This document shows positions 25,801 to 38,216 of a DNA stretch of 64,000 nt, piece after piece (position 1 is the stretch's first letter; each line of letters opens with the position of its first letter). The notes below the pieces were generated by a model. It saw nothing but the letters and a program-made list of their open reading frames with translations, searched no databases and had not been told where the DNA came from. Origin of the DNA: Azolla caroliniana (taxonomy: Eukaryota > Plantae > Polypodiophyta); the NCBI GenBank assembly GCA_043228905.1, contig JBHGNT010000006.1, forward strand, positions 20,212,001 through 20,276,000, read 5' to 3'. The position numbers were made by a program, and so were the translations under genes.

Positions 25801-27256
25801 AAAGTAATGCATCCTCATCCATATTTTCTTTGAACCCATTACCTACTCCTATGGCGCAAACAACCATAAGTTTGGATAGAGTCAATGTCTCTCCAATCCC
25901 TATGCCCGTTTCTTCGTTAGTAACTATACCAACACCTTTGCAAGCTTCGACTTTGCCATCTTTCTTTTCAGATCCTATTGTTCATATTCCTGTCATGGAT
26001 TTTAATTCAACAAATCAGAGCTTTCTGGTAAGCATGCCACAAGCTATTTCTTCAGGTGGGATTCCTCCTGTGCTTCCTTTTATAAATTTTAATTCAGCAA
26101 ATCAGAGTTTTGTACAATCCATTTCTTCATCTCCATTGCAATTTCCAAGCTTTCTACGGAACATTATTCCTAGTGGAGAGAGATTACTAGGTCAAGAGCC
26201 ATCAGTGAATTTACTCCATGCTTTAGAGTCAGAAGATCACAGAGATTCTAGTGATGCACACTTGTATCTTATCAACAACCAATGCAGGTCATTATTAACA
26301 AGCTGTCCTAAAGATCATGCAGAGGTTGCAGATAGTAATAGCTGGTGTTCACATATGGAAAATACAAGATCTTCTCTTCTTGATTCGATTCCACAATACA
26401 GTGGACCCCTGGTGGGGATGGTTCCAACTGTTTTAAGCAGTAACAGTCTTTCACGTGCTTGTGTAAGTTTCTGCTTCTAAATGGGAACTAGCATAATTAT
26501 TTATATTGTCAACTAAAATTTCGTTATCATTCATATGATTGATGCATTATCGTTTTTGTTGTCAATGCTTTGCCTATATTTGTTTATAATTAGTCTAAAC
26601 TGCAAAAGAGTTTCTCCCATTCATGATATAACCAAAAAGATTGTAGCAATCTGATTGGAGTTACTGGTTTTTGTGTGGGAAAGCAACTTGATTATTCATT
26701 ATCGTCAATTTTTTATTATTGCTGTTGTCGGTGCTTATATTTATTTATGATTAGTCTAACGGTAAATCAATTTTCTTGTCATTCATGTATTTATCAATAT
26801 CTTACAGTAATCTTATTGAACTCTTTGGTTCTGAATGGAGAACTGATATGACTATTTATAGTTATCAATTCTTCATCATTCATGCAATCAATGTTGCGGA
26901 TATTTGTTTATGATTTGTCTAATGGCCAACCATTTTCTTGTCATTCATGATTTTGCCAGAATATTGTGTAGTGATTTGTTTAGTTATTGCAAATATGAAT
27001 GCAGAGCTTTTGTCCAGAGAGTAGTCAAGGTACTGCATGGATGTCAGGGAGCCGAGGTCTTTATGGGGGGATCATCGAACCTGGAATTTCTTCTCCATCT
27101 ATCACAACTTTTGGTTCCTCTCTTGGTATGAGCATCCTTGGGACAGATATTTTTCAAATTTCAAAGAGTAAGGGTATACTTGCCGACAAAGTGGAGATGA
27201 GCTCGAAGGAAAGAGATGATAGTTCTGACGAGGAAGAGAGCCAGGACGGTAGTTAA
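19824..27256 (+). CDS. Chimeric protein (~849 aa): ILK-type ankyrin repeats fused to an At2g39950-like body (PH/Pru-like domain plus Ser/Pro-rich region)
   Basis: GT-AG exons 19824-20147, 20812-20886, 20968-21084, 21894-22009, 24686-24929, 25041-26462 and 27005-27256 join in one stop-free frame. Ankyrin motifs DNRTALHFAS, GANVNVQDRFGCT/PLSDAKHY. Downstream motifs QGRLLCPTSLRGYLNL, DPSGRSF, FFWQSERSK, LSQLTG, YYCPCP, DPIVHIPV and WMSGSRGLY recalled from the plant At2g39950 family. Confidence 0.8.
23266..23828. mobile_element. Non-autonomous hAT-type MITE in intron 4 of the chimeric gene
   Basis: 8-bp TSD ATGTATAG at 23258-23265 and 23829-23836. CA...TG termini (CATTGTTG / CAACTGTG). Many TAGAATAC/GTATTCTA subrepeats and an internal tandem duplication. 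Confidence 0.85.
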
Positions 27257-29710
27257 TGGATCTGGATAACTGGTCCTAGGTTGTAGATATGTCCCTTCTG
27301 AACTTACCCATGTGGTGTAATTCCTCAGAATCCTGTGATTCATTCCTTTTGGTGGGATGGCTTTGGGTGAAGTTTGATGACATTAATGTATCTAAGCAAA
27401 AACACAATAAGATAAGATCAATATAATGCTATTGTACAACGTAACATAAATCAGCATTGGGTGTAGACATGAGATGAAGTAGTTTAAGCTACGCTGTTTG
27501 GAACACTAGATGACCACATTTCAAGCAATGGCAGCCAACGAATTTGTGTTAAACCTCAAACCGCCAAAGTTAGATGGTTACACTCATATACTGGGTGTGT
27601 ACTTTTCTTCTTTCATGCCATGCCCAGAATGTGAAATGGGAGTATAACAAATCTTTTCAAATTTCTCAATCCATGTCAAAATAAGGCATCTTGCTAATAT
27701 ATTTCCTCTAACCCGTACTTGGAATGTTCTTTGGAAGCATTCATTGTTGACACATATATAGTATCTAATAGGATAACCTAAAATAAACTACTAAAGATAA
27801 TGTGAGTTGACACACTAGTGATTGATCCAAGTGATATCTTCCAAAAACTGATATCCATGATTATGTTACTATACATGTAATGAACAAAAGATATATATCA
27901 GAGTTGTTGAGTTATTATTTTTGGGAAACGCTTGGAAAAGATACCAATGCCTATGCCTTGAATTGTAGAGAAACCAAATAGTTATAGAGAGATGCAGTAG
28001 ACACATGTGCTGGCTGGGAGCCAACCTAGTGATCATTGCATTGGCCCATGCTAATAATTTGGAGGTGAGAGTTATTGATATGAAATGGTTCATTGAATTC
28101 ACACATGCTCATATTTGTGGATCTACCAATGCCAAAGATGTTCTTGAAGTCATAAGTTGTCACTCACAACACAGTGACGACTCTCTCCAATATTGGAAAA
28201 CTTGTGAAGGGGGATGTGGAGATTTAATTAGAGACATTTTGTTCATTCTATATAAAGATAGATGATGTCTATTTATTTTTGACTGATTGTTATGGAGAGA
28301 TTCTTAGTCATATGATTGATTTGCCTATTTTATAATCTTGATTTATGATAAAGACAAAGTCTTTTAGGCGCTTTACATTGGATATTTGGTATGGAATTAA
28401 TTGCTCTTTGTATTAAAAAGTAGTACAATGTCCATAGTAATAAAATTGACTTGAGCTATTAAAAAATAATGAGGTTTGAGAAGAGGTCATAGAAAGGAGA
28501 GTAAGAGAATTTCTTTAAAATAAAGAATAATCCGTTGATTTTATATATCTCAAGCTTTTTCATGTTTGTGGATAAGCACAAGGTGTCCCTAGGCATTATT
28601 CAGTCTCAATATTAGTTTACTCACAACATTAATTGTCAGATTTTCATAAATTGGTTGTATGAGAGCATTGGTTACTACCAACATACCAGGAGTCTTAGCG
28701 CTATTATCGTCTTGAGTGGATCAATGATTAATTATTCAATATGCATACTGTTCACCCCTATATATCGCATTCTCCAAGCCACACCTACTTAAGTTTATAT
28801 TTTGGCTTCAAACAAAGGACTTACAAAATTATTAGGACTTGCCCGTGTTTGAAATACACATTTTCTATTTGTACGCTTTATATTTACTATATTTACTAAC
28901 AACTTTGTGAGCAAAGAAAACGCTTGACTTATGTCACATTAGGCATGAAACATATTGCATGTGAAACTTGAAAGTGATCTCATTTGATTGCATAAAATAG
29001 TATCCACGTGAAACTAATAATTAATATAAAAGTTAGTTTAAGATTGATCTCAACTTTAGGGTCAAGTTTTTTTTAATAAGAATAAGGAATTAAGCAAACT
29101 AGATGTTGCCTTGTCTACAACTGGGTCATGTGTCTATTATTAACCAACGTGGACTTTAAAATTGCATCACATGTGAACATGCCAATAGCTCATGCATTTC
29201 ATGGATGTTTGATAGGTTTGGTCATGTTTGAACAAGTCAACAATTCGCCATTCAAGGGTGTTTCCTAGGTTTCATCACATTTGGGCACACTAACAAGCCA
29301 AAATCCATGATGTGTTTCTAGCCACGCATTGGAATATTCAAGTACAAACTATGTGTAGCTGTTTGGACGTCTTTTGAAGGAACTTATTTCTACTTCTGTT
29401 GTTGATCCGAGATACGCGATGTGTGTGAGATCCATGTGGGTAAGAGATGATGACGGCTTCTAGTTTGGAAAGTGCATGGGAGTCAAAATTAAATTTGGGA
29501 TCCATGAGGAGGATAACTACAACTCCATTTTTTATAAGTGTGGGTGGTGTGGCTGTCTTTGACGAAAGTTTGACTTGTCGGTGTTCTTCTAGACTCCTAA
29601 AACAGTGAGTGTACATCCATATCATCTATGTACATTTATGAGACAGGATAATGTTGGTGCTAGTTTTGGGTATATTATATTATAGTATGTATTCTTCTTG
29701 TCTTCTACTT

Positions 29711-30092
29711 ACACACACACACACACACACACATACTTATATACATACATACATACACACATACTTATATACATACCTACATACATACGCACATACTTAT
29801 ATACATACATACATACACACACATACGCACATGCTTATATACATACATGCATGCATACCATACAACATATATACATACATACATACATATATACATACAT
29901 ACACACATACTTATATACATACATATACATACCTACATACATACGCACATACTTATATACATACACACACACACACACACACATGCTTATATACATACAT
30001 ACATATATACATGCATGCATGTATGCACATTGCATACCATACATACATACATGCATGCATGCATACCAGACATATACATATACATACATACA

Positions 30093-30126
<34 letters not shown>

Positions 30127-30361
30127 CATACACACATACTTATATACATGCATGTATGCATGTATGCACATTGCATACCATACATACATACATGTATGCA
30201 TACCAGACATATACATATACATACATACATACATACACACATATATACATACATACATATATACATACCATACCATACCATACAATGCATACATAGAGAG
30301 TGTTTGCAATATCTTAAGCAGAGGTTTTCATGTCTACTGCATAATTCTCCTGTAAATTGTG

Positions 30362-30414
<53 letters not shown>

Positions 30415-30509
30415 GTTTTTGTTCTGTTTTTGCTTTGTTTAATTGATTTCACTCCACTGGTAGAGGAACTCCGTTGTAGAGAAGAGGGTGAGACAGAGAC
30501 AGAGAGACT

Positions 30510-30546
<37 letters not shown>
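29711..30546. repeat. Compound microsatellites (AC)n/(ACAT)n, (TC)n and (GA)n upstream of LEA14
   Basis: (AC/ACAT) block 29711-30290, (TC)n 30367-30408, (GA)n 30513-30546 directly before the ATG. Confidence 0.95.
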
Positions 30547-30551
<5 letters not shown>

Positions 30552-31863
30552 TCATCTGATGGAGAAGGCCAAAGGGTTTGTTGCGGATAAGGTGATGCAC
30601 ATGGAGAAGCCGGAGGCGGACCTCACATGGGTGAGCATCAAGCACGCCGATCGCAGTGCCCTGTCGCTTGAGTCGGATGTGCTCATCTCCAACCCTTACT
30701 CCCATGACCTCCCCATCTGTGAGATCTCCTACAAGCTCATAGCCGGAGGGAGGTACCTCTCTCTCTCTCTCTCTAAAGGACATTGTGTTGGATACACAGA
30801 AAACCCTTAAAAGGGGACATGCATAAGTTGTCTGTTTGCCTCTCTGTATGCATCCTATGCATAAATTGCATGCCAATACACACACAAATCACACCTATGC
30901 TGTATATCTGGCTATTTAGATTTGTTGAATCCATCTTTTCAAGCCGTTTAACTGGCTATTTAGATTTGTTTATCAATCTTTTTCTTGTTTGTTTACCTTT
31001 CTTGTCTATCCTTATGTCTTATTTAGCTAAGTTGTATTACCTATAGCTAGAGTTGTGCATACACCATCATTCCTAGTATTGCACCTCTATCCTGATGTTT
31101 TGAACCAATTTTTCCCCACTTCCAGATTGCTAAAGTTTTATTACATACACACATGCTCACCTGACAAAACATGTCATGCTTGTTTGCCATTGTAATGTAT
31201 CCTGGTATTTCAACCTCTTTTTTCTCATGGAAATCTACATATAAGTTTTCAATTTATAAAGATATCCTTTCATTAGTGTAAACAATTTACAAGGTTTTGA
31301 ACTCTATGTGATCAGCAGAGGAACCAGCCATTTTGGCGGAGGAAATCTACATATATAAGTCGCATGCCTAGCAAATAAATGTGCTTGCTTGTCATTCTTC
31401 ATCTTCACATTGAGATATGTAGTGTTGTATAATACCCCAAATAGTGTGGTGGCTTGCCATTTTCTTCTGTCATGCTCATCGACAGCTAAAATTGTATACA
31501 GTCATGATCAATGTTCGTGTCGATAGCTAAAATTGTATAGCTACATGTAAGTAGCCTATACATAACTAATATGCTTGTTTTGATGACCGTGGTATTTGAA
31601 TCGCTATTCCCAGGGAGATTGTTTCAGGGAACATCCCTGACCCTGGGTCGATCCGTGCTAATGACAAGACGGCCATCAAGATACCATCCAAGGTTCCTTA
31701 TGACTTCCTCATTAGCATCCTTCGAGATATTGGTGCCGATTGGGATATTGACTATGAATTCATAGTCGGCCTCATCATTGATCTCCCTATCATCGGCAAC
31801 TTCACAATTCCGTTGTCCAAGAAGGGAACTCTAAAATTGCCGACCTTCTCCGACATCTTCTAG
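30547..31863 (+). CDS. LEA14: LEA14-type late embryogenesis abundant (LEA_2) desiccation protectant, 151 aa
   Basis: Exons 30547-30752 and 31614-31863 (GT-AG). MDHLMEKAKGFVADK...NPYSHDLPICEISY...SGNIPDPGS...DIGADWDIDYE...IDLPIIGNFTIPLSKKG.LKLPT matches LEA14 in motifs and length. Confidence 0.95.
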
Positions 31864-34259
31864 CAAGTAAATAGTGTATGCGCACTTTCTTGGCTCAGCT
31901 TGTACAGATATCTGAGGCAATAAAGCTCTAGCACAACTAGTTCCTTTTGTATTGTGTCTTGGGAGCACTTGGCTCCTTGATGTTTTAAGTTCACTCAGTT
32001 CAACTACTCCATGTGTTAAAAAGTTTTGGCAATATATGTTTAGGTATCATCTCAGTGTCATATATATGAAATGATAGTCTTGTTTCACGCACACACATGG
32101 ATGAGGTACATGGATTGCAAACAGGGTGGGAGGCATTAAAAAATATAATGATAAAGGAAGAATAACATGGTGATGAAAGGTTGGGAGAGACCACTTGTTA
32201 TGATGACATAGATGTTGTCATATATTGCATGCACACCGACATGCTGCCTAGATTTGTAATATACCATGTACATTCAATATACACAATGTCTTTGCAAAAT
32301 GATATTACCTGCCCTTTTTTGTGCACATTTCTCAGTTATCAACAAACCTTACCTTCCCTTGGAATGCAGGCCATGTTAGTGTGACACTTCAGGCATAGCA
32401 CTATGTACCATGCCATTGGAATACCAACCCACATTAGTAATATATTGTATTAGTGAAAGCCTGAACTATAGATGAGTAGATGGAAATGGTAGTTATGTTA
32501 AAATTATTGATATATTTGATTTAGTAAAAGGTTCCAATGTGAGCTATAAGGTTTTCTTTTGAGGAAACATTGATTTCATCATTCCTAAGACTCGTTCCTA
32601 TGATATCATGCATAGAAGGCATGCACTACAATCCCATTTACCTTATACATGATCTTTCCCTTGATGTTATAGTGTTGTGGGTTTTGGAGGTGAGAAGTTC
32701 TTTGATATATACTAGTCATTAAAAACAAGTTCTTTGATGCATAATAGATTAAAAAAGAGAGGGTGGAGATTTAATTTGAGGGGTCATATTGCCAACAAGC
32801 ACAAAATTACTCAATTTACGTGACGAAGAACTTGATTGCATTTCATGCATGATAGCAATGCTTGGCACACCGTCCAATATGAGCAATGGTAGGATGTGAT
32901 GGCCAGCCACTCAGCTCAAACCCTTTGAAAATGTCACAAGACATTTTGAAAGAACAAAAAGTTTACCCCTCTATGTGGATAGGGAATTGTTATCAGCAGC
33001 CAATTAACTCTACAAAATACCCATGTAAAACAAAGCATTACATGTCCCATTCTCAATATGGTATATCCATAAGCATCTAAGAATTATAATCATTCCTAGC
33101 TAATAGAAGCCAATAGGATGATTCACGTGATTTAGCGTTAAAAATAAATACAGAATTTTATTCATTAGCACTCTTAATTCCTCATTGATCCTAAGCTTCA
33201 CTAGATTGTTATCTAATATTTAAAAGTTCGTTTTCTATAATGTCAAAAATTAAAATAGTTTACATGACCATTTAACTCAAAATAGGGTGTAATTGTTGGT
33301 TTGTTAATGCACCTAGAGAGCTTAATATGCATGTTGAATAGTGATTTTAAAGAGACACATCCAAATATTGCTAGTAGTGGAGGACACCACACCCCAATTA
33401 TTGAAGCTTTCCATTTAAGATTTCTCAGCTATACATTTGCAATAGATGCATTTCATTCTGAATTATTTGTGCTAGGACTGGATTTATGTACTTTGTTGAT
33501 ATTCAGGGTATTTCATACCAACACCTACATTTGGATTGAGTGTATAAAGGTGGTGGAGGGAATATACATGAAATTGATGTTTGTGGTCACCTACACCAAA
33601 ATTTTCATGGAATATAAAACTCAAAGGGAACAAAGAATACAAGGAAAGCATCAATCAATGAATACATCATGATGCATATGTGAAAACACAAACCTTTTCA
33701 TAATATCATGCAAGTTAAAGTTCATATTTTTTTCCCTGCAGTTGTTTGCATCATCTTTCTACAATGTTACATGAGTTTTAATTACAACCTACATAAAAAA
33801 AATGCATAGCAGTTTCTGTGAAAAAAATATAACTTGGATCTAATATAATGATCTTACACCTTTTTGACAGACTAAAAAAGTTTTTAAAATATACAAGTCG
33901 CCAGTTGCAATGTCAAATCCTAACATTGAATGTGACACCTTATACAACCCTAACATCAAATATGACACCTTATACAACGAACAGGAAAATAAATCACGCA
34001 TAATTACAGGGCTTGATTGTCCACCTTGATGCAAGATGCCTACTTCACCACATTATTGGCTTACAAGACAAAAATGCTTGATCATCTCAGATTGAATCAC
34101 TCAAATCGGATTTATAATAAGTCAAGCACATAATTTGAATTAATTATAAAAACAAAGCACAAATACATATCAGACACCATACCAAATGGTATTAATTGAA
34201 ATGATGAAATATTTTGAATCATAAACAAACTAGCATATACTACAACCTCCCGCAACTAC

Positions 34260-37200
34260 CTAATCAAAGCTCAAGGATCTTAGACTACGTGTCCTCTTGG
34301 TCCGGTTCAATAAGGTCCTCCAAAAACCTCGTTTCTCGCAAAATGGTTTGATCATCTCGAGCATTAGAATTATGTTTGTAAATTTTGGTCTTTTTGAAGC
34401 ATTTTCATCCCAACACGCTTTTACCAACCTGAATAAAACACATGTAGCACATGAAATGTAAACTTTTTGGTCTCATAGGTCATATTTTACCTCCGAAAAC
34501 AATAATAGAATCTCTCTCTCTCTCTCTCTCTCTCCATGTGCGCATCAAAATCATTGTCATGGAACTTTAGGATACTTAGAGCTTTTATTTTTGTTTCATT
34601 GTTGATAACATGAGCTCATCCATATTTGTAATTATGATTTGTCTCATTGGCCGATTTTCTGCTCTAGTAAAAATTAATCTCTCTATGTCAGCTTCAGTGC
34701 TACAATTGCAGTAAACTTACTCTTTTAAACCCTCGGTATAGTGTTTGTCCTTGAGTCTGAATGGAGGTCTTGCATTTTGCTTACCCACAACTTCAATCAG
34801 CTCATCTTCTCTCTTATCAAAAAACGGAGGATAACCCTCGATCATCTATACACCAAACATCGAGGGAAAACGAGGTTTTAAATGTTATTTCAGTATGGAA
34901 AGTTAATGAATCTCTAACAGTATTTTAGATGAACCTGATATAAAATCATGCCAAATGAATACACATCCACACTCTTGTCAAAGGCTTCTCCCCGTAATAA
35001 CTCAGGAGCCATGTAGTATCCTATAGTATCAACAGGTCAGCATTAAAAGAATTACAGTATTTAACAATACACCATAATGTGAAATCATTGTTTTTTATAT
35101 ATCAATTATTGCGTATAGATCTTATAGAAATTTTAAAATTTAAGTGATAAAAGCTAAAGTTATAGATTCAGCAATTAGAGTGATACGTTTGAATTTATGT
35201 TTGCCATAAAAGCTCTTTATTGGTCTACAAATCATTTGGAGAGCCTAGGGTGGGTCAAGATAGTGGGTTCAAGTCGTGAGAAATGGATTTGAATTTGTTT
35301 CGATTTAAAAACATTTCATCTCTTACAATAGCTTTGGAAAACGAAAGGGTCGAAAAAATTACTTTGCAATGCTAAAAATGCCATGTATGAATAGTTTCTA
35401 TAAATCACTTCGGAGAACCGAACGGTGGAAAACAATACAATTCCAACATCAGAATTGCGACCATATAGATAATAGTGAGTGATAGATTTCTCTCAAAGGA
35501 TTTGAAAACTCTATACCAGCTGCCTTAAAAAGAGCACCCTATGAATAATAGAAGAAATAGATTACTCACGAGAACTCCCGGAAAAACGTTGACCCTTTGA
35601 ATCTGGCTGGATCTCAGATGCTCCTATCAATGTCTGACCAAGGTGAAAATCTGCAACCTTCAAATGTCCCACTCTATCCCGAAGAATGTTTCTGGCAACT
35701 TACTGAGGAGAAAACATTAGCATCTGTTTTATTTATCTATTATGAGTTCATTCAAGATAAATCACCAATTTCCTCGTGTTGACCGAGGTTCATTACCTTG
35801 GCTTTAATTCCCGATGCATGATTGCTTCAGGCTTCCATTCATGTAAATAGTTAAGACCCCTGGTATTGAAAATTCGCATTAAAGACACGCAGAAACAATC
35901 TAAACTGTTGGAAATCTCCACTGGGAAGTTCCTCTTGATACTGGAATCCATACCTTGCAATGTCAAGAGCATATCTCACAGCTTTGGGAAGATCAAGTCG
36001 TCCATTCTTCTGCAAGTAACAGTGTAAATCACCCTGCAAAGACATGTTGTCATCCCATTTATTAACATTTCTTTTTCTTTACCAATATATAGATTGTGGG
36101 TTCAAGCATGTATCAAATCTAAGAAGATAAATGCTTAGATCTGATACATTGACTTCTACAGTAGTGCACATCTTCCTTAAACCATGATACAAGGAGTTCA
36201 TAGATTATATATAGTTTAGCATATAGGCAAATCCATGAATCTACTATCTGACACGATCTTGGTCTGAAACATTAGACCCCTTACTCTCATCATTATCTTT
36301 CACTAAATTTGTTAAGTACAAGCTTTGTCCAAAGCAACTAAACTAGTTTTTAGAATGAGAGCAAAAAGAACAGATAATATAACAATCATCACACAAATCA
36401 CCATGACTGAACAATCCCCAGATGTACAAATTATAGCCACTTCTTTTAATGAGAGATCATACCCCTGCACAATACTCCACAACTATTTGCATTGGTGTGC
36501 TTTGTGTTACAGCTCCGAGAAACTGCACAATATTTGGATGTCTCAATCTCTGCAATAAAGCTAATTCATCGCGAAAAACTGACCTGAAATTTGCCATCAA
36601 CCACAATATGTTATACCAAGTAGGAGAAAGCATATAAAAAATTGTTGAAACATTGTATCAATAGTTCTTACACTGTGCTCTGATCATCCCACAATCGTGT
36701 ATATATAGCGGACATTCAAGCATTTCATTTTTTTTATAATTTAGGTACGGCTATGTCTTTTGCGATTTCACAGGCACAACAAATGAAAGATTATGCAATA
36801 GTATCAAACATTTCATTTTTCTATAATTTGAGGTGCTGCCACTCCCTTTTGCTATTTCTGAGATAAAGTAAATGAAGCTTTCTGCAGTAATGTTCAAACA
36901 TTTCAGTTTTCTATAATTTGCGGTGCCGCCACTTTCTTTTGCCATTTCAGAGTACAAGAAATAAAATATTTTGCAATAGCATTCGTACATTTCATTCTTC
37001 TATAATTTGCACTCTTCATTTGCCATTCCAGGATAAATCCTTGATGAAGTAGGTTGAGATGGATAATACTCTGGACAGACATTTAGATTCCTTTACAGAA
37101 AATGATCAAATCAGGACAGCTTTCAAAAGTCCATGAGGATTTACAAAAGCATGGCACTTGAGTTTAAATTGCACATGCAGCTCAAACATTTCAGAGGTTG

Positions 37201-38216
37201 CACGTAAGTGACAGTTCATACAAGGATGTGAAATTGCAGAAATTGAAATTCCACTTACACAATTTGAGGTTGATTCGATAAGTCAGATGGGATCTCCTTC
37301 ACAGCAACTTGTGTTCCATTCCACTTGGCAATAGTATACTGAAAAGACACAGCAAAGAGTAATCAAAGAGAAGGTAGAAAAATGCTAGTAGGGGAGTGAT
37401 ACAGGCATGAAAAAATAAACCACAATTGCTATTTAGAAGTTGGAAATCATATTCTTACAATTAAACTGGATAGCTTAGGTAGTACCTCAGGAAGTTTGCT
37501 ATCTTTTTTGGTGCTCCGTAATAACTCCTGTGGCTTTACTTCATATTCGGGCACATCCTTTGGATTTGCTACTTGCATTGGAACTTTTTTGGAGGTTTCC
37601 TACCAATCATAAAAAAATTAGAGCTATTTCATGATTTGATCTGAAATTCGATGGAAGAAAAATGTTTTCTGAGAGACAAACTCACAGGAAACTTCGCACC
37701 AGCAGCTTCTAGTATCTTGCAGACTTCCTTGTTTCCATAGTGCTTGGCATCTAAAAGTGGCTGTATTAAAGATTTTCCATGAATGAATGAATCTTGAGAA
37801 AATCTGCAGACTTTCTATAGCAAACCTGATAACAAACGAAAAACAAGGGAGAAAATATAGACAGTGGCACTCACAGTGCTGCCCCAACGATCCCTTGCAT
37901 TCACGTTAGCTCCCTTCTTCAGCAAATAATCTACAACCTCTGCATGACCCTCACAGGCAGCCACATGGAGAGCCGTGCGATCATCAAAATCAGCAACAGA
38001 TACATCTACACCATCTGCAAGAAGAGCAGCTATGGCTTCTTTGTCTCCCTTGCTTGCAAGGAAAAGAAGCTCCATGGCCTTATCGAGATTCTCAGGAACA
38101 AAGGGGATATCTCCAGCTGAGAATCCATATTCATTGCTTCCATTCGTCTCCAGTGTTCGAGGAGCCAAGGAAGACTGCCTTCCCAGGGAAAATTTCATCC
38201 TTGTTAATCCAGCCAT
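34260..38216 (-). CDS. Integrin-linked kinase (ILK)-like ankyrin-repeat Raf-like kinase, probable pseudokinase
   Basis: Eleven coding exons (approx. 37876-38216, 37686-37760, 37486-37599, 37259-37338, 36463-36583, 35954-36033, 35797-35859, 35570-35681, 34935-35020, 34721-34846, 34260-34428). Motifs FSLGRQSSLAP, DDRTALHVAACEG, DRWGSTPL.DA, KWNGTQVAVK, LRHPNIVQFLGAVTQ, ALDIARGLNYLHE, YYMAPE, SVDVYSFG. Probable 5-prime UTR intron 38252-39330. Confidence 0.93.
36715..37030. repeat. Four diverged ~90-bp tandem units in an ILK intron
   Basis: Repeated CATTTCA(T/G)TTT..TATAATTT...CTTTTGC motif. Confidence 0.75.

Noticed and set aside
29651-30810. Long His/Thr/Tyr-rich ORFs (234-370 aa)
   Set aside because: Translations of AC/ACAT microsatellite; only the part from 30547 is real (LEA14).
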